Made by a program: the position numbers and the translations under genes | Virus record (IMG/VR): IMGVR_UViG_3300037482_000110 | Coordinates: 1 to 37,115 of that record | From: a virus | Taxonomy: Duplodnaviria > Caudoviricetes | Direction: 5' to 3' (one strand) | DNA length: 37,115 nt | Shown: positions 17,913 to 24,464 of the stretch, one piece after another | Layout of the letters: each line of letters begins with the position of its first letter | Numbering within the stretch: the stretch's first letter is position 1 | The notes under the pieces: generated by a model | The model's input: only the letters and a program-made list of their open reading frames with translations | Database searches by the model: none | Told to the model about the DNA's origin: nothing

Positions 17913-19160
17913 TTAAATAATTCTGATTCCTTTAGGTTTCCTGAACTTGGTGACGACGGCATACCTGATCGCGTCCATTAAGTGATTGTATTCATCACGT
18001 GGGTCGTTGGTCGGGTTCTTAGCCTGATCCAGCGCCCATTTATAGTTCTTGTTTTCGTGCCAGAGATTCTTTGAAGATTCCGTGGCCACGATCTGGTATT
18101 CCTTCACAAACTGTATTCCGGACTTAACAGGGCCCTTGTCGCATTTTATCACGTTCCAGCCCATGCGCTTCATATCCTCGATGTCTTTGGGCTCTGCGGC
18201 ATCGGCGTAGATCTTTGATGATTTCTTGATCCCAAGTGAGCGCATGCGGGCTGATAGCTCAGAGTTCAGCATCCCGGATTCGTATATCTTTTCCTCGCAC
18301 CACACCGTTTTATTGTGATTCTCGCACTCAACCAGGGCCACGGGGTCGTTACTAAACCCGAAGTCCAGCCCATAGAACTTTTCGTAATTGTGCGGCATCC
18401 CTTCAATGGTTTGCCAATTGCGATAGATCCGTCCCTTTGCCCCCTCGCTGATCAACCCCTCAACCATCAGATAAAAATAATCTGGATCTGTTGACCGGTA
18501 GTTGAGTAGCTTGGTGATGAAGGACCGATTGAGATTAGCCAGGTTGTCCCGATAGGTGGAATGGATGGAAAGAAGGGCCGGGTCGTTCTTTGGGATGGCG
18601 GTATAATAACCCTGGTAGGCCGGGTGATCTTTTAAGGTATAATTTCGTTTCCAAACCCAATGCGATTTTGGCGGCGGGTTGAAGATCCTAACCACCTGGA
18701 TATTACCCTTCACGGTCCTGAGTGAGTCGTCAAGCTGATTGAAGTCTCCCTCCGATATCTCGTCAAATTCTTCAATGAACACGTGTGTGGCACCCGCTAT
18801 CGACTTTAGTTTGGATATGCGGTTGCTGGAAGACTTTTTAAATCCCTTCGATATGATATAATTCCCGGTTGGTTTGTATCGGACGGTCATCTGGTTTTCG
18901 TTGATGTCGAAGTCCGTTTCCTGTAGGGTTTCATTTTCAGCGATCCGGTCCTTGAAGTCGCGCCAAAGGCTTTCCCGGATGTCGGAGAAGATTTCCCGCA
19001 TGAAATATCCTCTGAAGTAATCCGGACAGGTAAGCAAGTGAAGTGCGTATTGAGTTCCAGTAAAAGAGCCGCCGCGGCCCCTTCCGCCCCAGAGATCGAT
19101 ATATCTGGCCTTGGTGTTAAAGAGTGGTTTGTATTGTTTTGCAAATTCAAGTGTCGGCAT
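17913..19160 (-). CDS. terL: Terminase large subunit (PBSX-like)
   Basis: P-loop region WGGRGRGGS, Walker B VFIEE, 'FNPP', 'HSTYRDN', RNaseH-like 'GLDFGFSNDP', 'ADAAEP', 'NHLMDAIRYA'. Confidence 0.92.
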   Translation of the reverse strand: MPTLEFAKQYKPLFNTKARYIDLWGGRGRGGSFTGTQYALHLLTCPDYFRGYFMREIFSDIRESLWRDFKDRIAENETLQETDFDINENQMTVRYKPTGNYIISKGFKKSSSNRISKLKSIAGATHVFIEEFDEISEGDFNQLDDSLRTVKGNIQVVRIFNPPPKSHWVWKRNYTLKDHPAYQGYYTAIPKNDPALLSIHSTYRDNLANLNRSFITKLLNYRSTDPDYFYLMVEGLISEGAKGRIYRNWQTIEGMPHNYEKFYGLDFGFSNDPVALVECENHNKTVWCEEKIYESGMLNSELSARMRSLGIKKSSKIYADAAEPKDIEDMKRMGWNVIKCDKGPVKSGIQFVKEYQIVATESSKNLWHENKNYKWALDQAKNPTNDPRDEYNHLMDAIRYAVVTKFRKPKGIRII

Positions 19161-19413
19161 CTTTAGAATAGTCCTTGAATATTATTTCATGAGGCCCTAT
19201 TGGGTTGCCTCCGCTGGTTACGTCCACTTTGTCGGTAGGTTTGCCCGCGTAGTATTCATAGAAAAGTTTTACGAAAGGGAACTCCCCGGCCTCAATACCT
19301 TCCTTTAAGGCGGCTAATGCTTTCGGGGCTAATGGTGTTAAGGTGTCAATTAGTTTAACCTCCTCGGCCTTGCTCTTGCGTCCTGATCCCTCTCTTTTAC
19401 CTCCTCGTGCCAT
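19147..19413 (-). CDS. terS: Terminase small subunit
   Basis: Immediately upstream of terL; 'GGKREGSGRK' N-terminus, 'GKPTDKVDVTSGG' C-terminus. Confidence 0.8.
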   Translation of the reverse strand: MARGGKREGSGRKSKAEEVKLIDTLTPLAPKALAALKEGIEAGEFPFVKLFYEYYAGKPTDKVDVTSGGNPIGPHEIIFKDYSKDADT

Positions 19414-19437
19414 TGACTTGAAAAAAAATGATTAACC

Positions 19438-19466
19438 AAAAAAGCAGCCGGCTAGTCACCGGCTGC
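19438..19466 (-). terminator. Rho-independent terminator just upstream of terS
   Basis: GCAGCCGG-tgactag-CCGGCTGC followed by TTTTTT on the minus strand. Confidence 0.7.
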
Positions 19467-19582
19467 CTAAACCTAACAACTATGAAAAACTAAACCCCAA
19501 TGTCATATCGCAATTATTAAAGCGATTATAAATGCTATCCATCCCGTATTCGGATTTCAGAACGCGGGGCCGAATGGTGCGT

Positions 19583-19616
19583 TTTGTTTTTTCTTCCGGG
19601 GAATTGCTTATTTTTG
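19583..19616 (+). promoter_or_regulatory. Bacteroidota sigma-A-type promoter facing the tRNA fragment
   Basis: TTTG (19583-86) and TATTTTTG (19609-16) match the -33/-7 consensus, spacer 22 nt. Confidence 0.45.
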
Positions 19617-19721
19617 TTTCTTGTGTTGTGGTCATAAGTTAGGCGCTTTTCCACACAAATGGCGGACAGTAAATAACAAAGCCGACATTACGCCGCCTTA
19701 ACTATCTGATTATCAACTCTT

Positions 19722-19765
19722 GGTCCGATAGCTCAATTGGATAGAGCATCAGCCTTCTAAGCTGA
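19722..19765 (+). tRNA. 5' half of tRNA-Arg(TCT); attP core, not a complete tRNA
   Basis: GGTCCGA TA GCTC-AATTGGATA-GAGC A TCAGC-CT TCT AA-GCTGA, then no T arm or 3' acceptor strand; about 150 bp upstream of integrase. Confidence 0.88.
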
Positions 19766-19881
19766 TTTAAGGCGCATTCAAATTTCTGTAATACTTCCTG
19801 TATTCGCAAGCAATCAGCTATAAATCACTGCGTTATACAATCTATTTACAAACGTATAACAACCGCATTACAAAACATTCC

Positions 19882-19889
19882 TATCTTTG
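19882..19889 (+). promoter_or_regulatory. -7 promoter box for integrase
   Basis: TATCTTTG matches TAnnTTTG, 23 nt before the ATG. Confidence 0.6.
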
Positions 19890-19912
19890 CGCCACACAAT
19901 TACCACACACCT

Positions 19913-21142
19913 ATGAAAGCATCTATTTATTTCGACTCCCGCCGGCCGCTGGCTTCCGGAGATGACAAAGGCCGCTGTCAAATTAAGATTCTGGTCGAGT
20001 TTGACGGCGGCAACCGCATGCGAAGATACTATCAAACCGCGGTGTATGCGACCAGATCCGAATTCGACAAGATCATGAAGGGTCAGTACGGAAAGTCATC
20101 TGTTGCTGAAGCCGAGGCCCTAGAAAAGAAACGAAAGGTCCTACTGGCGGTTGAGCAGAAAGCAAAGGAGACACTCTTCCCCGGGATGGTTCCGGAAGAA
20201 TTTGAGCCGCGCTTCTGGTCCGCGGGAAACCTGAAAAACCCCCTGGATATGCTGCTGGCGTATTCCGAGGACCTTAAACGCGAGGGTCAGATAGGGACAG
20301 CAACTTACTACCGGTCCGCTTATTCAAGCTTCCAAAAGTTCTGTGATGAAAAATATTATGGCCGGCTGTCCTTTATCCAGGTAACCCCGCGCTGGTTACT
20401 GCAATATGAAAAATGGCTTATGGAGCAAGGCCGGAGCATTTCCACGGTGGGCACCCATGTGCGCCCGATGCGAACAGTTTTTAACAAGGCCCTGGCGCTG
20501 GGGATCCTGCAGTACAAAGACTACCCTTTTGGCCGGAATAAGTACAAGTGCCCGACCAGCCGGCGGCGGATGATCGCGCTATCCGAGGCTGAAAAGGATA
20601 AAGTTCTCGCTTATGAAGGGGACTATCAAAAGGCCGTGGACCTCTGGAAGTTCAGCTATTACTGCAACGGAATGAATTTCAACGACGTGGCCAGGCTACG
20701 GCGTAAGGATATCGAAGACGGGCACCTGACCTTTGTCCGGACAAAGACCGCGCACACCGACCGCGACCGCACCCCGATGGTGATCACCATGCACCAGGAA
20801 GCGGAGCGAATCATGCACCGATGGGGCAGTAAGGACATTTCCCCGGGGGCTTTTGTTTTCCCGGTCCTTAGGATGGAACTGACGCCAGCTCAACAAAAAT
20901 ATATCATAGCGGACTGGATTAAGGATGTGAACGCCGATCTACAGGAGGCCAGCCGGAAAATGAAGATCCGGAAGATCACAACGTATTGGGCCCGGCATAC
21001 CTTCGCCACGACCTTGAAGCGGAACGGAGCCCCGATTGAGTACATTCAGGAGGCCCTGGGGCACTCAGATCCCCGAACTACCCAGATATATCTCGAACAA
21101 TTCGACTTGGAGACCAAGCGCAAATATTCCAATGTGTTGTGA
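19913..21142 (+). CDS. int: Tyrosine integrase (Bacteroidota type)
   Basis: Arm-binding N-terminus, SAM-like core, 'GMNFND', 'R.KT', 'YWARHTFAT', 'LGH', 'TQIY'. Confidence 0.93.
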   Translation: MKASIYFDSRRPLASGDDKGRCQIKILVEFDGGNRMRRYYQTAVYATRSEFDKIMKGQYGKSSVAEAEALEKKRKVLLAVEQKAKETLFPGMVPEEFEPRFWSAGNLKNPLDMLLAYSEDLKREGQIGTATYYRSAYSSFQKFCDEKYYGRLSFIQVTPRWLLQYEKWLMEQGRSISTVGTHVRPMRTVFNKALALGILQYKDYPFGRNKYKCPTSRRRMIALSEAEKDKVLAYEGDYQKAVDLWKFSYYCNGMNFNDVARLRRKDIEDGHLTFVRTKTAHTDRDRTPMVITMHQEAERIMHRWGSKDISPGAFVFPVLRMELTPAQQKYIIADWIKDVNADLQEASRKMKIRKITTYWARHTFATTLKRNGAPIEYIQEALGHSDPRTTQIYLEQFDLETKRKYSNVL

Positions 21143-21167
21143 TTATCAAACTAATTCCTTAGTTTTG
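21137..21167 (+). promoter_or_regulatory. Sigma-A-type promoter with no downstream ORF
   Basis: TTG-N20-TAGTTTTG. Confidence 0.55.
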
Positions 21168-21169
21168 TA

Positions 21170-21272
21170 TCGCCTGGCAGACGGACATGAATGCCAGAGA
21201 GGACTTTAAAAAAGCCCTTTACTGTTCTGAAGCGGTATGCCGACCCTTCAAAATAAAGTGAGGGGCTTTTTT
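21170..21272 (+). ncRNA. Candidate ~100-nt structured small RNA ending in a terminator (also a bidirectional terminator)
   Basis: CTGGCA/TGCCAG stem; long hairpin 21208-21272 with G-U pairs favouring the plus strand; U-tract end. Confidence 0.5.
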
Positions 21273-21624
21273 ATTTGCGTCTGCCGGCCCTGCCGATCCA
21301 CTTGTGGGCGTCAATCTGAATGACGGTTCCGGTCACCATTAATCCCCCGCCGATGCACAGGAATACCGGACTCGGTGTAAGCCTGCCTATATTATCCCAG
21401 TTGTTTTTCCCGTTCTCAAGCCCTCTATTATACAATGCTATAGCCGCCGTGGTGGTCACCGCCCCGGCGATTAGAAAGAAGGTACCGGTCTCAAGCCGAC
21501 GATGGGATTTTTCCAGGTTCATTTGAATCTGTTTCTGGTTGATCTCAAGTTTCAGGATACGTTCTTTGAGATCATCCTGCGCAAAAGCAGGAATGGATAG
21601 TAGCGCAAACAGGAAGGTTTTCAT
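21271..21624 (-). CDS. Exported/membrane protein (signal peptide, coiled coil, two hydrophobic helices); possible lysogenic conversion or superinfection exclusion factor
   Basis: Likely start MKTFLFALLSIPAFA-Q; downstream of the repressor. Confidence 0.6.
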   Translation of the reverse strand: MKTFLFALLSIPAFAQDDLKERILKLEINQKQIQMNLEKSHRRLETGTFFLIAGAVTTTAAIALYNRGLENGKNNWDNIGRLTPSPVFLCIGGGLMVTGTVIQIDAHKWIGRAGRRK

Positions 21625-21711
21625 ATAAGTTAATTTGGTGATACATCGCTTCGGAAACAAAAAGTAACCATTGGGAAACTTTTCCTAATTACCGGGAAAC
21701 TAAATTTTTAG

Positions 21712-22131
21712 TTAAGGTTTAGATTTAGCAGTAGGAGTATTTTTTTTTAACTCCGCCTCTAGCCGCTCATTCTCTTTTTGACAGTCCCTTAATTCCTTTT
21801 CCTTTAAGTCTATAATCTTCTGTTTATCCTTTAAACTAGACCTCAGAACTTCAATTATTTCTTTAATATCACCTCCTTTTTGTACGGGTGTAGTATTTTC
21901 TGATGAATCGGTTTTAAGAACTGTCCCAACCCCTGTCTCCCACCAGTCCAAATTCAGCCCTGGTAAACTCTTAATTCTCTTTAAAGTCTTCCGGCCTGGA
22001 TTCCGGTCCTCTTTATAAAACTCATTGATGGCACCCCTTCCCGCCTGCACTTTGTCCTCTAAAGCAGTCACAGAATTGATATGTAACTCTTTGGTATCCA
22101 GTATTTTGTCTATTTTTTCCTTAAAAGTCAT
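21712..22131 (-). CDS. CI-like repressor (XRE-type HTH plus coiled coil)
   Basis: 'SVTALEDKVQAGRGAINEF...P...TLKRI...LNLDWWETGVG'; divergent from early operon. Confidence 0.75.
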   Translation of the reverse strand: MTFKEKIDKILDTKELHINSVTALEDKVQAGRGAINEFYKEDRNPGRKTLKRIKSLPGLNLDWWETGVGTVLKTDSSENTTPVQKGGDIKEIIEVLRSSLKDKQKIIDLKEKELRDCQKENERLEAELKKNTPTAKSKP

Positions 22132-22150
22132 AAAATTCTTCGCATAAGTC

Positions 22151-22182
22151 TTGACTTTTCTTTAAAGTCTTCGTTATATTTG
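22151..22182 (+). promoter_or_regulatory. Early rightward promoter (PR-like)
   Basis: TTG (22151-53)-N21-TATATTTG (22175-82). Confidence 0.7.
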
Positions 22183-22205
22183 ATACATAGTTAACAATAT
22201 AACGC

Positions 22206-22397
22206 ATGGCAATTGAAAATAGCAAATCCAAAACCTCTACCCATGTAAGGGTTTACAAAGAAAAGAAGGATCGGGTGGAAAGAGTAGTCCGCAAGCAGGC
22301 TTTTGCTGAGGATCGGAAGGTGAAGGAGACAGAGATAATCGACCAAATTCTTGAAGAAGGATTAAAAAAACGTGAACGCAAACTCGGAATAAAATGA
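22206..22397 (+). CDS. Cro-position regulator, ribbon-helix-helix-like
   Basis: First gene after the divergent promoter; 'THVRV' strand followed by two helices. Confidence 0.55.
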   Translation: MAIENSKSKTSTHVRVYKEKKDRVERVVRKQAFAEDRKVKETEIIDQILEEGLKKRERKLGIK

Positions 22398-22624
22398 AGG
22401 CTCTGGCTCCGGAACTGGAATCGAAGATCGACGAGATCAACGGCTGGCTGTTTCATGCCGATCAGAAAGAGATCTCGAAAAGATCAAGACGAGACGAGCC
22501 GTGGGTGTCGCGTGTACTGAATAAAAAGCTACCCCCGGACAAACGAATCCTGGACGCCGCAATCGAAGTTATGAATGAAAACAAGGCCCGCTTTGAATGT
22601 GGCCATAAACTCAAGCTCGCATGA
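22394..22624 (+). CDS. Small HTH DNA-binding protein
   Basis: 'DQKEISKRSRRDEPWVSRVLN'. Confidence 0.6.
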   Translation: MKALAPELESKIDEINGWLFHADQKEISKRSRRDEPWVSRVLNKKLPPDKRILDAAIEVMNENKARFECGHKLKLA

Positions 22625-22713
22625 AAAAAGTAACCATCCACGGGATCCGGTTTGACCTGAGTCAAATGACCCCGACCGCCAGAGAGAAGTTCCTGAAATC
22701 CATTCAGCCATGA
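22621..22713 (+). CDS. Small hypothetical protein (30 aa)
   Basis: MKKVTIHGIRFDLSQMTPTAREKFLKSIQP; ATGA overlap on both sides. Confidence 0.5.
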   Translation: MKKVTIHGIRFDLSQMTPTAREKFLKSIQP

Positions 22714-22991
22714 AACCAAAAATAGCAACTCTCCTGATCTACGGCCCCTCAGAAGACATCTTTCAGAGTGTAAAGGTCTCTTATATAATAGAGATCCGGG
22801 GAGGGTTCTTTGATGAAATGTGGGTCGCTGTTACGGAATGTAAAATTTTAGATGATGTGATCATTGAACCTAGTGACCTGGAAACGGATTTATGCGAGGG
22901 CATTCGCTTCAATGAGTGCATCAATTTAAGAGTAGGAGTGAAAATAGAATGTGAAGTTGATACGAAAATTACAGCAGAGGAAAACTTTTAA
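22710..22991 (+). CDS. Hypothetical protein
   Basis: 93 aa coupled ORF. Confidence 0.55.
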   Translation: MKPKIATLLIYGPSEDIFQSVKVSYIIEIRGGFFDEMWVAVTECKILDDVIIEPSDLETDLCEGIRFNECINLRVGVKIECEVDTKITAEENF

Positions 22992-23050
22992 ACCTGTATA
23001 GGATATGATACTATCATTTGAACGGAAATAGCCTAACCCCCTTACCCCTT

Positions 23051-23695
23051 ATGAACACAATATACCTAAGAGACGAAAACTACAACTGGAAAGAATTTCA
23101 GTATGAAAATCTTTCTGAGTTGTCGAAGCAATTAACTGAGCGTAACATAAGCATCGGGAACCACGCAAGCATCGGGTACGGCGCAAGCATCGGGCACCAC
23201 ACACGCATCGGGTACGGCGCAAGCATCGGGTACGGCGCAAGCATCGGGCACCACGCACGCATCGGGTACCGCGCACGCATCGGGGACGACGCACGCATCG
23301 GGGACGACGCACGCATCGGGTACCACGCAAGCATCGGGCACGGCGCAAGCATCGGGAACCACGCAAGCATCGGGGACGACGCACGCATCGGGGACGACGC
23401 ACGCATCGGGTACCACGCAAGCATCGGGCACCACGCAAGCATCGGGTACGGCGCAAGCGTCTTCAACAGCCTTTTCATAACGGGATCAAAACATACCGTC
23501 AACTGGTATGGAACCGGGATAATTCATATCGGATGCTACATGAAGACAATTGAAGATTGGGAACAAAATTATGCTGCCATCGGTGATGATGAAGATTATT
23601 CTGAATCAGAGATTGAGGAGTACAAAGGCTATATCGCTATCTGTAAGATGATGCAGGAATCTATAAAAGAAGAAACCAAACCTGTGGAGATATGA
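23051..23695 (+). CDS. Hexapeptide-repeat (left-handed beta-helix) protein
   Basis: 17 x A(S/R)IGxx; C-terminal 'IHIGC...TIEDW...YSESEIEEY'; start placed at ATG 23051. Confidence 0.8.
   Translation: MNTIYLRDENYNWKEFQYENLSELSKQLTERNISIGNHASIGYGASIGHHTRIGYGASIGYGASIGHHARIGYRARIGDDARIGDDARIGYHASIGHGASIGNHASIGDDARIGDDARIGYHASIGHHASIGYGASVFNSLFITGSKHTVNWYGTGIIHIGCYMKTIEDWEQNYAAIGDDEDYSESEIEEYKGYIAICKMMQESIKEETKPVEI
23147..23458 (+). repeat. 18-bp tandem repeat, 17 full units, consensus GCA (A/C)GC ATC GGG NAC SRC
   Basis: Units read directly from the sequence. Confidence 0.95.
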
Positions 23696-23964
23696 ACACA
23701 ACTATAACCGAAGACGCCGACAAGTTCCAAGCTCTCTTAAAACAAGTGGAGCAATTGAAAACACAAAACAAGATCCTTCGCGGATTCCTGGACCTTCAGC
23801 TTACCTTCTTTGAAAGTGACTTCAATGAAGACCCTGGCCGCTTTGAATTTGAACAACTGAAAGCCTACACAAGTCAAGCCCTTTACCTTGAAAGAACAGG
23901 TGTAAGATGGAAGAATATAGTACCTGAGGTTCGGAAACAGATGGACCGCTTACTGAGTGAGTGA
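23692..23964 (+). CDS. Hypothetical protein
   Basis: 90 aa coupled ORF. Confidence 0.55.
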   Translation: MNTTITEDADKFQALLKQVEQLKTQNKILRGFLDLQLTFFESDFNEDPGRFEFEQLKAYTSQALYLERTGVRWKNIVPEVRKQMDRLLSE

Positions 23965-24030
23965 AAAATGTGGACACGTTTTTATTCCTGCGAAAGAAAA
24001 GCCTGGAAAGAATATTTAAAAATGAAAGCC

Positions 24031-24252
24031 ATGACAACAACTGACGAAAAAATTACCTACCGGTCCTACACGATTGAACCCGACAGAGAATACCCTTACT
24101 CCCGGGGAAGGTTCATATTCTATCCTACGGAAACAGGAATTGAACACAACTACGATCTGGTAGGTGAAGACTCTTATATCTACTGTGGTAACTGTGGATG
24201 GAGTGATAGTGTAGAGGGAGCGAAAATGGAAATAGATGATAAACTAGCTTGA
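24031..24252 (+). CDS. Hypothetical protein (start uncertain)
   Basis: 'ITYRSYTI...SVEGAKMEIDD' small phage protein pattern. Confidence 0.5.
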   Translation: MTTTDEKITYRSYTIEPDREYPYSRGRFIFYPTETGIEHNYDLVGEDSYIYCGNCGWSDSVEGAKMEIDDKLA

Positions 24253-24254
24253 CT

Positions 24255-24440
24255 ATGGAGACAACAGAAAAGAAATTAGTTATTACAACAATTGATTTTA
24301 ATGCGTTCCAGGCGACCGGTCATGTTTTGCCGGCTTCTTACATACTTGACTTATCACAAGAGCAAATCAAGTTCATTGAGAAATTAACAAACGATGGACA
24401 AACTGTTGACCGAGTGTTTATAAGTGAACAAAACACCTGA
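24255..24440 (+). CDS. Hypothetical protein
   Basis: ORF from METTEK. Confidence 0.5.
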   Translation: METTEKKLVITTIDFNAFQATGHVLPASYILDLSQEQIKFIEKLTNDGQTVDRVFISEQNT

Positions 24441-24464
24441 ATAAAACCTTTAACCTGACCTGCT

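Larger units (their letters stand above)
19651..19910 (+). repeat. CCACACA direct repeats flanking the att core (candidate integrase arm-type sites)
   Basis: CCACACAA at 19651 and 19892, CCACACAC at 19903. Confidence 0.5.

Noticed and set aside
19722-19800. Complete functional tRNA-Arg gene
   Set aside because: No T arm or 3' acceptor strand follows the anticodon stem
23147-23458. CRISPR array
   Set aside because: 18-bp period, no unique spacers, in-frame coding, no cas genes
23147-23458. Canonical DGR variable region
   Set aside because: No reverse transcriptase or template repeat in the window, and several adenines including synonymous ones are invariant; kept only as a hypothesis
23049-23502. 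Three repetitive minus-strand ORFs (VPDAC, RCLR, PMLA repeats)
   Set aside because: Antisense shadows of the stop-free repeat array
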